DNA of 33,443 bases from Octopus bimaculoides. Its lineage: Eukaryota. This document shows, one piece after another, positions 20,401-31,984 of this stretch. The notes beneath the pieces were generated by a model, which did not search any database, was not told where the DNA came from, and saw nothing but the letters and a program-made list of their open reading frames with translations. The stretch lies in NCBI RefSeq assembly GCF_001194135.2, contig NC_068981.1, positions 95,989,523-96,022,965 on the forward strand, read 5' to 3'. A program made the position numbers and the translations under genes. Each line of letters begins with the position of its first letter. Within the stretch, counting starts at the first letter, position 1.

Positions 20401-21494
20401 AGTTGAGCCATAACGGTAGCGATAGAAAAGACAAAAAGAAATGGTGTATCTGCGAATTAGTGTTTGTTACTGTGCGTAGCAGCTGTATTGTTTCTGTCAA
20501 GTACAGAGCAACTGATCAGTGCAGAGCATTTATATGGCAAGGAAAAAACACTTTGTACCTTAATTACAGAATTAAGTAAGAATTCTGTGATTCCATTACT
20601 CACAAGCTTTGCTCCATCTTCTGTGTCTCTGTAGCGTCCATGCATTCTTTTTCTTTTTTACATAGAGTAATGGCGGCAAAATGCATCAAGGATCTAACTA
20701 CATATTTGAAGTACCAATGTATATAAAACACCTAGTGCAAGATGAGAGCATTATCGAAATGAATTGAAGGATTCTATCCTTTATTATTTTACCCAAAGCT
20801 AGATATTTACAGCTAACTGACTAAGAAACAGTCAGAAAGTTATTGCCTGAAGGCGACGGCATAGACTTAGTAAATCATATTAGCATTCCCTGCCTCATCA
20901 ATTCAAATAAGGCTTCCACTCCTAAAAGATCGGGAGATGTATAGTTTGAACAAGCAATCCGAGATTTCAATGAACTTTATAATGAATATCTAGTAACCGA
21001 CAACACCCTTGATATACCAGAAATCAATCCTCAATCCTTCCTTACCCACCAATCCTCGTTTGTATTTTCACGTTAACTACATTTACGGCTAAAAACTGCA
21101 TAAGAGAACTCTTGTACTGAGCCTTATTACATTTTAAAGATAGTATAGAAACGCGAAGCTTAAATGAAACACGAAGTTTAAATGAAAATTCACTAATATA
21201 CAGCCTTGTTAGCAGAAGTTATAATTATCCTTGTCTTCTGACATACAACTCTTTATGCAAATTTTCTTTGGTCTAACGTTAGTCTAACGTTCAAAAATTT
21301 ATTATATTAATTTAATCTTTTGCCTGTTCAAAGCATTTTAATGTTTGTTCTCAGTGTCCATACTTGTTTTCAGAATTTTAGTTAGCCCTTGTTTCATACG
21401 CTCTGAGCTTTCCTTCTATAAGTCTGAAGTTACTCTGGTGGTTGAAAAAATTGAGAATATGTATTATATACGCTGCTTGTACACCAGGGAAATA

Positions 21495-21710
21495 CGAGGG
21501 GGTATTTAAAAGTCCTGGCTTTAAGGGTATCGTGAAAGATTTGGTTGGAGACCGCACCTTCCGAGTTCTTTTACAGGGCTTAGAAAAATTGAAAGACCGC
21601 TGTAGTAAGTGTATGAATCTGAGAGGGGAATATATTGAATAAAATTACGATTAACTGATCCTCCTGTATTTTCTTTTACCCAAAGTCAGGAACTCTTCAG
21701 CTTCCCCTCG
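21495..21710 (+). mobile_element. Internally deleted mariner retaining the transposase C-terminus
   Basis: Imperfect TIRs CGAGGGGGTATTTAAAAGTCCTGGCT and AGTCAGGAACTCTTCAGCTTCCCCTCG, TA flanks at 21493-94 and 21711-12. Peptide QGLEKLKDRCSKCMNLRGEYIE* matches the mariner C-terminal GIxKLxxRWxKCIxxxGxYVE motif. Confidence 0.85.
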
Positions 21711-22339
21711 TATATCCTATGTATGACATGAGATACTCAGGATATGCAAAGAGCTAAACTTACTTCTGGTATAGTTCAGTTTAACGGCATACGGTAAAAG
21801 CAGAAACTGTATGCAATAAAATGTTTCTTATTTGTTTTTAAATTGTAATTTGATTTAATGGAGATGGGTTGCATAATGTCTACAATATATTAGTAATAAT
21901 CTGATTCGTTTAATCGCTCTTATATATGAAAAGAATAATAAACCTCATTTATTGCATGACGAGTTTAATACATAGAAATAGAGATATAGAATGGGAAGTC
22001 CATTAACGTCCGACAAAAATGAAATAAGTCTGCCCGATTATTGTAATTTGTTTAATTAAAGTATATTGGATCGACCTTAAACATTCAATCGTTCATAGAA
22101 GTTGAAGGCAGTACAGTATGAACGTATTGAGTGCAAGTAGTAATGGGGCCGGTAGCATTTGCTACTCTTGCTTCTGGGTTGATACTGCATAAGGTGGAGA
22201 GCAGTGGGCGATATCATTTTAGGTGTGTTGTGGATCCACAAGGAAGCAGCAAATGTCAATGGGGTTGTATGGGGAATGCTGGATATATTTAGAAGGCTCG
22301 TGATTTTTGTTAGGGAACTTCTAGGTTAACTGAAGTTGT

Positions 22340-22595
22340 GTGTATAAATGACTGAGTATTCCACAGTCATATGTACTCTTAATGTAATTTCTATGCACCG
22401 CAATGAAGCATAACAAGGCGGCACCGTTGAATAACAGATATAACTCGTCTGATGAGTTTCCACACATTTCTCATTAACCAATTTTCACTTATGAGGAATG
22501 AGTAAAATGCAGGCCATAAAAAATATCAATTGCACGAGGTGCCACGTTGTGAGATCGAACCTGGAAGCCTGAGATTTCGAAACAAACGTGTTAAT
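22340..22595 (-). mobile_element. Degenerate tRNA-derived SINE
   Basis: Minus strand CAGGTTCGATCTCACAACGTGGCACCTCGTGCAA (B-box plus CORE-like segment), then a diverged body. Confidence 0.5.
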
Positions 22596-22605
22596 CATTT
22601 TATTA

Positions 22606-22770
22606 TACTGAGTTCGCTTTGCAAGCACGTGGTTTCGGGTTCGGTCCTATGACGCTGCTCCTTGGGCGATTGTCTTCTTTTATACCCCGGATGACCAACG
22701 CGTTGTGAGTTGTGAGCGAATTTGGTTGACGGAAACTGTGTGGAAGCCCGTCGTGTACACACACACACAC
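22606..22770 (+). mobile_element. Family B SINE, 5' half
   Basis: GCAAGCACGTGGTTTCGGGTTCGGTCC...CCTTGGGCGATTGTCTTC...GAATTTGGTTGACGGAAACTGTGTGGAAGCCCGTCGTG then (CA)n. Confidence 0.75.
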
Positions 22771-23339
22771 GCACACCCACACACACATACACACGTATAT
22801 TGTTGCTATTATGTTAAACTGTCTTATGTCCAAATTTGGCCAAATGCGTTTTTTCAATATTTATTTTTGCTTTCATTAACCGGTTCTTTTGGTGAAACTA
22901 TCGTATCTCCTGCTACTTCTGACGCCAAGATATAAAAAATTCTCAAAGTGTAGGACAATAGATTTGCTATGAAACAGTGAAACTATTTTTTTTCGTTTTC
23001 TAAAGGAGCAACGTTTCGGACTTACGACACTTTTGCATAATAGACACGAAATATATATTTNNNNNNNNNNNNNNNNNNNNNNNNNNNNNNNNNNNNNNNN
23101 NNNNNNNNNNNNNNNNNNNNNNNNNNNNNNNNNNNNNNNNNNNNNNNNNNNNNNNNNNNNNNNNNNNNNNNNNNNNNNNNNNNNNNNNNNNNNNNNNNNN
23201 NNNNNNNNNNNNNNNNNNNNNNNNNNNNNNNNNNNNNNNNNNNNNNNNNNNNNNNNNNNNNNNNNNNNNNNNNNNNNNNNNNNNNNNNNNNNNNNNNNNN
23301 NNNNNNNNNNNNNNNNNNNNNNACTCTAAAGCATTAGTG

Positions 23340-23542
23340 TATTTTTTTAGGTAGCTAAAAGTTTGGCTGGTCATAGAGTGACCATTGGTTGCGTTCAGCT
23401 GTATAAACGACTGGTCAGACTCAAATGGCTGAAGAGGTTAACCGCCCTCAACCATTTGATTGTGATGAGTCGCCTATACTGCTATGGTGTAAAACCAATG
23501 GTCACTCTATGACCGGCCAATGTTTTAACTTCCTAAAAAATA
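23340..23542. mobile_element. About 200-bp palindromic MITE-like element centred on GGTTAACC
   Basis: Outer arms TTTTTTAGG...TTGGCTGGTCATAGAGTGACCATTGGTT and AACCAATGGTCACTCTATGACCGGCCAA...CCTAAAAAA; imperfect pairing continues to the centre at 23436-23443. Confidence 0.85.
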
Positions 23543-23639
23543 TGTTTGTGTGTGTGTGCATGCGTGCTTGAGAGAGTGTGTGTGTGTGTGCGTGTACGCG
23601 CGTTCGCGCGTTCGCGCATGCGTGTCCTAAGTGTTTGTG

Positions 23640-23832
23640 GGTGTTCCTCCCACACTGTTGACAACGGGTGTTGGTTTGTTTACGTCTCCACACTTGGGGA
23701 TTCGGCAAAAGAGACCAATAGGACACGAAGCAGACTTCAAATAAAAGTACTGGCGAAATATGTTCTACTAAACCCCTCTAGGCAGTACCCCAGGATGGCT
23801 ACAGTCCAATGAATGAAACAAGAAAAAAATAA
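23640..23832 (+). mobile_element. Family B SINE, 3' half
   Basis: TTGACAACGGGTGTTGGTTTGTTTACGTC...TTCGGCAAAAGAGACC...GGCAGTACCCCAGGATGGCTACAGTCCAATGAATGAAACAAG. Confidence 0.75.
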
Positions 23833-24058
23833 AACATACGAAATTTGTTTGAAAATACATATCTAAACAAACACGTGTAGGTCAGTATGTATGTTTGTGT
23901 ATACGTTAACGTGTGTAATATTTGGCTTCTATTTGCTTATATGTGTACGTATGTACAGCGAGGTATCTATGATATATTATATATGTATATGTATATATAC
24001 ATACATACCTACACACACACACACACATGCACACATATATATATACATACATATCAAC

Positions 24059-24131
<73 letters not shown>

Positions 24132-24193
24132 CGTGTGTATACACACGCGTACGCGAGTACGCGCACACACACACACACAGACACAGACACATA

Positions 24194-24952
24194 TTGTGTC
24201 ATCCCATAAATAATGCGGTGTTTTCAATCGCATGGACTAAAGTCGGAGGGGGACGGGATAAACTACCTGCATCAACTTGCTATAAAAGCAGGTGGTAATT
24301 TTACCTTTTAAGCTTATTCTTAGTGCAAGTTTTGAAGAGTGCAGTTCGATTTTAAGTTATTTCTTCAAAGCTATAATGGAGCTGATAAAGGAGCATATTC
24401 GGCATATTGTGCTTTATGAGTTCAATAAAGGCAACAACTCAATAGAAAGTGCGAAGAATATTAATGTAGTATATGGGGATTGGACAATAAGCCAGTGTCA
24501 ACGGTGAGTTCCAGAAATTCAGAGCCGGAAACTACAACCTAGAAGACGAGCCTCGTCCTGGGAAGATCTGTAGAGCTCGACGAGGACGTTCTCCTGCAAA
24601 CCCTGGTGCAACAAAATCCTATCGTAGTTGTTGGGAAACACGCAGAGAAGCTTGGATTTGGTCATTCAACCATTCTTGCCATCGGAAGAGGCAGCAAATT
24701 GGATCAATGGTTCTTCACACACTTTCCGAGTTTAATCGCGCGCAGAGGGTAAATGTGTGCTCTTCTTTGCTGTCACGTCTCACGAATGAACTTTTTTTGG
24801 ACAGAATAGTGACTGGTGACAAGAAATGGGTTCTCTATAGAAATGATTTTTTTTCTCTATAAAAATATTTTAGATTAAAAAAGAATTTTGTTTACCTTAA
24901 TTTTGAAAAATAAAAGAAGTATAAAAAACGCATTATTTATGGGATGACCCAA
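24194..24952 (+). mobile_element. Internally deleted mariner transposon with both TIRs and the transposase N-terminal half (pseudogene)
   Basis: 24-bp TIRs TTGTGTCATCCCATAAATAATGCG and CGCATTATTTATGGGATGACCCAA (23/24), TA flanks. From ATG 24376: MELIKEHIRHIVLYEFNKG... (HTH), then frameshifted ...HTLSEFNRAQRVNVCSSLL...FLDRIVTGDKKWVLY (first D of DD34D), cut off near 24845. Confidence 0.95.
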
Positions 24953-25054
24953 TATATATATATATATTCCTTTTGTGTTGACTGTCGGAAGAAATAGTAT
25001 CTTACTCCTCTGTGTTTCGCTTGTGGGTAGACAGGGTCTGAAGACTGTGTGTGG

Positions 25055-25488
25055 AGGTGCAGGCGTAGCAGTGTGGCAAGAAGCTTGCTTCCCAAACGCA
25101 TGGTTCCGGGTTTAGTCCCACCGTGTAGTACCTTGGGCAAGTATCTTCTAGTAAAACCACAGGCCGACTAAAGCCTTGTGAGTGGTTTTGGCAGACGGAA
25201 ACTGAAGGAAGCCCGTCATATAGATAGATAGATAGACAAATAGATAGACAAATAGATGTGTGCACGCGCGTGTGTGTGTGTGTGTGTGTGTGTGTCTTTG
25301 TGTTTGTTCTCCACCACCGTTTGACAACCGGTGTTTACGTCCCCGTAACATAGCGGTTCGGCAAAAGGATCGATAGAATAAGTACCAGGCTTAAAAAATA
25401 AGTGCTAGGATCGATTCATTCGACTAAAATTTTTCAAGGCACTGCCCCAGCATGGCCGCAGTCTAATGATTGAGACAAGTAAAAGATA
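25055..25488 (+). mobile_element. Family B CORE-type SINE, full length
   Basis: Head, CORE-like TACCTTGGGCAAGTATCTTC, internal (TAGA)/(TG)n, tail TTTTCAAGGCACTGCCCCAGCATGGCCGCAGTCTAATGATTGAGACAAGTAAAAGATA. Confidence 0.88.
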
Positions 25489-26542
25489 TTGTCTGTTTTC
25501 CTATGTGCTCATTCTGTTGTCTGTAAAAAAAAGTCCGTTTTTTGTGCTTTGATTATGTTCCCGTTCCTTTTTTGTCCACGTTTTTTGACGTCTTGTAGCC
25601 GGATATGTACCTATATATACATGCAGCTGTAGGTATGTACATATATGTATATATACATGCATATGCTCATATATCATTTGTATTATATATATATATATAT
25701 NNNNNNNNNNNNNNNNNNNNNNNNNNNNNNNNNNNNNNNNNNNNNNNNNNNNNNNNNNNNNNNNNNNNNNNNNNNNNNNNNNNNNNNNNNNNNNNNNNNN
25801 NNNNNNNNNNNNNNNNNNNNNNNNNNNNNNNNNNNNNNNNNNNNNNNNNNNNNNNNNNNNNNNNNNNNNNNNNNNNNNNNNNNNNNNNNNNNNNNNNNNN
25901 NNNNNNNNNNNNNNNNNNNNNNNNNNNNNNNNNNNNNNNNNNNNNNNNNNNNNNNNNNNNNNNNNNNNNNNNNNNNNNNNNNNNNNNNNNNNNNNNNNNN
26001 NNNNNNNNNNNNNNNNNNNNNNNNNNNNNNNNNNNNNNNNNNNNNNNNNNNNNNNNNNNNNNNNNNNNNNNNNNNNNNNNNNNNNNNNNNNNNNNNNNNN
26101 NNNNNNNNNNNNNNNNNNNNNNNNNNNNNNNNNNNNNNNNNNNNNNNNNNNNNNNNNNNNNNNNNNNNNNNNNNNNNNNNNNNNNNNNNNNNNNNNNNNN
26201 NNNNNNNNNNNNNNNNNNNNNNNNNNNNNNNNNNNNNNNNNNNNNNNNNNNNNNNNNNNNNNNNNNNNNNNNNNNNNNNNNNNNNNNNNNNNNNNNNNNN
26301 NNNNNNNNNNNNNNNNNNNNNNNNNNNNNNNNNNNNNNNNNNNNNNNNNNNNNNNNNNNNNNNNNNNNNNNNNNNNNNNNNNNNNNNNNNNNNNNNNNNN
26401 NNNNNNNNNNNNNNNNNNNNNNNNNNNNNNNNNNNNNNNNNNNNNNNNNNGAAACCGATATTATTAGGCTGGAATACAGGGGAAGAATTGAAATAGTATA
26501 AATTACAGAGTAAAAGTTATAACATTTCGGATACCAGAGGAA

Positions 26543-26865
26543 GGGCAAGACTTCCTTTTATATGCCCCCAAAACCCCTCTTTTTTTATTTTATTATTTTT
26601 TCTACACAAACCCCTGTTTTCGGCTCGGAGAATACGAATCTGCAAAAAAATTGGCAAAATTCGACATTTTGAAATTACCCCCCAATTTCTTCATTTTCTT
26701 AGTTTTTTCAGAATTTTTTTTTCAAAATATGCGGAAAAATACGGAGATTATGATTCTGAAAAAAAATTCCAAAAACTTTTGTAAAATTTCAATTTAAAAA
26801 AAAAATTACCTCGGGCCGACCCAAAATGGGGGTGAGGTGGGGTGGAGACGGGAGGAAGTCTTTCC
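26543..26865. mobile_element. Candidate non-autonomous DNA element
   Basis: Short inverted repeat (GGGC)AAGACTTCCT at 26543-26556 versus AGGAAGTCTT(TCC) at 26853-26865, enclosing A/T-tract-rich sequence; no TSD seen. Confidence 0.35.
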
Positions 26866-27148
26866 GTTAGGTTCATATACGTACATATGCTATCAAATCT
26901 TTCTTTCAAACACATATATAATATACATTAACTACTTTAAGAACAATACAGATTACATATATGTGTGCGTGTGTATGTATGTATGTGTATGACTGTTTAT
27001 GGAAACATAATGAAAACTATTCTTTACTGTAAAGTAAATTGTGATAAAAATAGTAAGATCGAGGTTTTAACGGCTGTTGAGTCAGATTTTTTGTCGCTGC
27101 TTATAGTAAAAACATTACGCCTTTTCTCGCTTCCCTTCTATTACTTTC

Positions 27149-27149
<1 letters not shown>

Positions 27150-27196
<47 letters not shown>

Positions 27197-27207
27197 TTAT
27201 CTATCTA
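27150..27207. repeat. (TCTA)n microsatellite
   Basis: Direct reading. Confidence 0.95.
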
Positions 27208-27823
27208 TGTGTGTGACGGTTTAGATATAGATTCAAGGCTTGAATATGGTACTTATGCGAAGGCACCCGAATATCGCATCCCAAAAAGGATGGGTGATTA
27301 AAATCAAACAATAAGCAACACGGATTTCAAAAGTGATTGCAGTACGCACGTTTCATGCTACTTCAATTTATTTAAGTAATGTGAGCATTACCTTAAATGC
27401 AATATGAAGAGCAATGTGTGTGTATATGTATGTGNNNNNNNNNNNNNNNNNNNNNNNNNNNNNNNNNNNNNNNNNNNNNNNNNNNNNNNNNNNNNNNNNN
27501 NNNNNNNNNNNNNNNNNNNNNNNNNNNNNNNNNNNNNNNNNNNNNNNNNNNNNNNNNNNNNNNNNNNNNNNNNNNNNNNNNNNNNNNNNNNNNNNNNNNN
27601 NNNNNNNNNNNNNNNNNNNNNNNNNNNNNNNNNNNNNNNNNNNNNNNNNNNNNNNNNNNNNNNNNNNNNNNNNNNNNNNNNNNNNNNNNNNNNNNNNNNN
27701 NNNNNNNNNNNNNNNNNNNNNNNNNNNNNNNNNNNNNNNNNNNNNNNNNNNNNNNNNNNNNNNNNNNNNNNNNNNNNNNNNNNNNNNNNNNNNNNNNNNN
27801 NNNNNNNNNNNNNNNNNNNNNNN

Positions 27824-27865
<42 letters not shown>

Positions 27866-28114
27866 TATTCATATCTACTCAAAATACATCACTTTAACTT
27901 GGTATTTCTACCTATAGAACGGGTGTGATATCCCAGTTTTTGTGTGATTTTTGCTACCCATGGTAACTATTAACATATTTACATTATCAAAGTTTTTTCA
28001 ACAGAGATAATATTAATATATACGTAAATTTATATATATATATTATATATATACACGCGCACACACTCACACACATACACCCATACATACACATGTATGT
28101 ATATGTGTGTGTGC

Positions 28115-28163
<49 letters not shown>

Positions 28164-28788
28164 TGTATGTGCGAGCGACACGGTAACTGAACTAACGAGG
28201 GAGCTTTAACGCGGCCGAATGGTCTGTTAGAATTAACACTCAAATTCTAAATATATATATATGAGTGTAGACATGACTGGAAAGCCTTTGGTCATGGGTC
28301 TTTGAAACTATTTTCACCTGGGCTACAAAAACAAACAACAAAAACAGCAAAAGCTGCTGCAGCAGCAGCAGCAGCAACCGAAACAGCAACAATACCAAGA
28401 CTAGTGTATACCCAGATTAATTGAGTTTTAGAATTATTGTCACTCGATGCCCCAGACTTTATTGGGAAAGAAAAAGGGGAGTTTTCCTATCCTTTTTTTT
28501 TTTTTAGAATTCTTACAATGGAAATGACGATTCTGTAAAAAAGAAAAATCTTTTCCAAAAATATTTTTTAACTTCCGTACCCTTTTTTCCACAAGTATGT
28601 GACTGGAGAGAATACTTATTCCAAAATCTCGCCAATGGATGAATATATGACAGTTTAGATATGTAGATATGTGGACCACAATACAGGCACATAGACTGAC
28701 AGGTAGATGAACAAACAGGCAGACAGACAGACAACTAGATAGATAAATAGATAAATAGATAAAGAGAGAGAGGGAGAGAGAGACAGAC

Positions 28789-28823
<35 letters not shown>

Positions 28824-28962
28824 CACACACATGTACACACACACACGTATATAAATATATACACACACATACATATATACTTTATAAATGTGCATAGGAT
28901 ATTAAACAAGTTTTATTATAGGATTGCGTTATGGCTCTTAAATTGATATGCACCCCAAATTG

Positions 28963-29019
<57 letters not shown>

Positions 29020-29064
29020 GATAGATAGATATAGATATAGATATATATGTATATATACTCACAT

Positions 29065-29095
<31 letters not shown>

Positions 29096-30324
29096 ATATA
29101 TATTAAAAGTAATTCTGTTAATGTCCGGTTATAATGACCAATGGTTTCCACAAAGGCCTTAGCCCCTCGGACGTATATGTGAATGTATGTGCATATGTGT
29201 GTGTGTATGTGCGTGTGTCTCTGTATATATGTATGTATGTATGTATATCTTTTAGAAAAAATAAAACGCCTATGAACACAATAAAAGAGTACCTACCCTC
29301 CATATGTGACATTTTGCCACGATTCGTCTGTCGGGTAATAATTACTCCTGTCTACGACATAAGCATGACCAAGTATTCTGCCTGCAGCCGGCCAGAAAAT
29401 AGTGAGAACAAGTAAATATATTCGCATTTCTTCGTACCCCTGCTTACTTCGAAGTTACTCAAGCTGTCACTGACTTTTGATTGGTGACAAAAGCACACTC
29501 GTATATACTACACACACGCGCGCACGTAACGCGTACGGTTCTTATTCAAAGGCTTGATCGAGCTGACTAGGAATTTCTCATCTAACGCAAGCCTTTCATC
29601 AGCCAGCGTGTGTTTGCGGGTTAAATAATTAAAAGCAAAAAAAAATTTTTTTTTGAAATAAAAAGAAAGAAAGAAAGAAAGAAAGAAAAGGAGGGAGAAA
29701 AATAAAAAAGTAAACAAATAGAAGCCACGCACTATAACGTACATCCGCGCATATCCACGCACGCATACACACACACACACAACACATGCGTAAACATACA
29801 CTTATTCACGTAAAAGCGCTCAAACACTAAGAAAAATACGCACTGATGCGGTGGACACACACGCGCGTGGGACTGTAGTATTTACATACATTTGATATGA
29901 ATAGTTATATCTAGAAATGCTATATACACACACGCTGTCGACATAGCGGCATCTTTACGCATTCATTCACACATACAACACATGCACACACACACCTCCA
30001 CACACACAGACACAGATACATACACACACACACACACGCACGCACACAAACACACAGATACATACACACCACTCACACACACACTTGTACACATGCCTTT
30101 AATTTGTAGGGAGTGATACAGTCGGAAGTTGTCAGGATCGCTGTGCCAACACGCGCGCGCACACACACACTTACACACGTACACACATACATAATACATA
30201 CATACACCCATGAAGATATAAATGCTTCATGTAATGTGCATGTGCATGTAAAGATATATATATGTGTGTGTGTGAGTATGTATATGTGTGTGTATATATA
30301 TATATACATATGTGTATAAGTTTG

Positions 30325-30327
30325 AAC

Positions 30328-30410
<83 letters not shown>
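30325..30410. repeat. (TA)n microsatellite, about 40 units
   Basis: Direct reading; lies just 3' of the hammerhead-bearing repeat on the minus strand. Confidence 0.97.
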
Positions 30411-30415
<5 letters not shown>

Positions 30416-30460
30416 TGGAAAAAAAGACAAAGTAGAAAATGCTAAAATACTTTTATAAAA

Positions 30461-30511
30461 AACATTTCAGTACCGGTTTCGATCCTTGAGATCTTTTCAA
30501 CTGTAAATATG
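30461..30511 (-). ncRNA. Minimal type I hammerhead ribozyme motif (Penelope/retrozyme-like)
   Basis: Minus strand ATATTTACAG-TTGAAAA-GATC-TCAAG-GATC-GAAA-CCGG-TA|CTGAAATGTT gives stem I, core U3UGAAA8A, 4-bp stem II closed by G10.1-C11.1, GAAA, palindromic stem III ACCGGT, and a GUA cleavage triplet. Confidence 0.75.
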
Positions 30512-30807
30512 GATAACAAATTTGGGAAAAATTAAATTTTGGCAAATTTAAATGAAAAGTCTTTTTAAAAACATATTTGTACAGTATTCAAATACCAGGG
30601 GCATTTTTTTGTTTTTTTTTTGTTTCTGTCTGTCTCTGTTTCCCTTGTTAACTCTTGTAACAACCTCACACACATATAATGGTATCCTACTCTTGCATAT
30701 GCATATCTAAGCAATAGCCTTAGCGTATAGTATTAATATACTGCAGCTCAGTGTCCCGTTTCGCCAAATGGCTATTTACAAACATTCTTCCCCTCAGACT
30801 TGACGAT

Positions 30808-31002
30808 TTTGTGGCGTAGCGAGAGCACATGCCACCCAGGCCAGTCCTTGTGTTTGCTTCTCCCCCCACCCCGGCAACAGCTTATACAAACTTATACTGC
30901 AGAACCAAAAGTGCCGTCCCCAAAAAAGCGTCGCCAGGGTTCACCGCCTCCTCGCTGCCGAGTGTGTTATTATCTAATATGTTCTAAAACTACACCATCC
31001 AG
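30808..31002. mobile_element. Possible decayed hAT-type MITE
   Basis: Left GTGGCGTAGC versus right ACTACACCAT (reverse complement 7/10) with GC-rich subterminal motifs; no TSD seen. Confidence 0.3.
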
Positions 31003-31112
31003 CATGTGCCTGACTCCTTTTAGACATTCGCACGGACTGTAGTCTCTTGTTTTAAATTTTTATGGAAATTGCTAAAGAGGAGGATTTATATAATGTAATT
31101 ATACTTTTATGT

Positions 31113-31365
31113 GGAGGCGCGTGGCTTAGTGGTTAGGGTATCAGCATCATGATCGTAAGATTGTGGTTTCGATTCCTGAACCGGGCGACGCGTTGTGTTC
31201 TTGAGCAAAACACTTCATTTCACGTTGCTCCAGTCCACTCAGCTAGCAAAAATGAATAACGCTGCGATGGACTGGCATCCCGTCCATCTGTGGAACACAT
31301 ACTCCATTGAAACCGGGAAACCGGGCCCATGAGCCTGGCTAGGCTTTAAAAGGGTGCATTTATTA
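31113..31365 (+). mobile_element. tRNA-derived SINE, family D (CORE-like centre, distinct tail)
   Basis: GGCGCGTGGCTTAGTGGTTAGG (A-box), GGTTTCGATTCC (B-box), GTTCTTGAGCAAAACACTT (CORE-like), GCGATGGACTGGCATCCCGTCCA. A short piece of the same family lies at 1163-1200. Confidence 0.85.
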
Positions 31366-31441
31366 TTTTTTTTTTTATTATACTTTTACCTTGGCACACC
31401 ATCAGCATGGTTCTCCACACAAATAATATGATACCCCAGTT

Positions 31442-31612
31442 TAAGGCGGCGAGCTGGCAGAATCGTTAGCACGCCGGGCAAAATGCTTAGCGGCATTTCG
31501 TCCGTCTCGTCATTCTGCGTTCAAATTCCTTTCGGGGTCGATAAAATAAGTACCAGTTGAACGCTAGTGTCGATTTATCCCCTGTAATTACTAGCCTTGT
31601 ACCAAAATTTGA
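31442..31612 (+). mobile_element. Family A SINE with internal deletion
   Basis: TAAGGCGGCGAGCTGGCAGAATCGTTAGC...TTCAAATTCCTTTCGGGGTCGATAAAATAAGTACCAG; the segment between B-box and core is missing. Confidence 0.88.
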
Positions 31613-31984
31613 AATCAACATAATACCCTATTTAAACATTAATCGCAGCGACATTTTACCTTTTCTTGAAAATGTGTTTAAGATACTAATATTTTGTTTA
31701 AAAATACTATTTCTAAAGCAAAAAAAAAAAAAAAAAATCACGAATTCTTTAGAAACACCCAGCACCCTATATAGGATCGGATCCCCTTGACATTTGCCTC
31801 TCTTCAAAATTTTCGGCCCCATTTTGAGCTCACATTGCCTCCAAAGTGCTCCACTGTCCAGTTTAAGAATCACTGCTGTATACAAATCCAAAGCAATGTT
31901 CACACCCATATTATATGTGTGGGATATTTTCTACATGTGTGTGCGAAGTGTGTGCGTGCGCATGTGTGTGCATACATACTAACT

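Noticed and set aside
20460-20580. Possible exon CLLLCVAAVLFLSSTEQLISAEHLYGKEKTLCTLITEL ending at GTAAG
   Set aside because: The donor is good but the acceptor is weak, there is no in-frame start and I recognise no homology. RNA-seq would be needed.
20860-21075. Coding-like peptide FEQAIRDFNELYNEYLVTD
   Set aside because: Interrupted by a stop, no splice signals, and no family recognised.
22445-22470. CTGATGAGTTTCC motif
   Set aside because: No stem II or GAAA in the correct order; it lies within a decayed SINE.
447-27928. Long ORFs made of X runs or YI/CV/HT repeats
   Set aside because: They are translations of N gaps and dinucleotide/tetranucleotide microsatellites.
29525-29625. CTGATGA...GAAA...GTC on the minus strand as a hammerhead or C/D snoRNA
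   Set aside because: Stems I, II and III cannot be paired in the required register, and no D box with terminal stem is present.
30800-31042. 80-aa ORF with PKKRR and RCRVC (piggyBac C-terminal or host exon after the CTTCCCCTCAG acceptor)
   Set aside because: The Cys pattern is incomplete, there is no clear donor, and the region is explained as well by a decayed hAT-like MITE.
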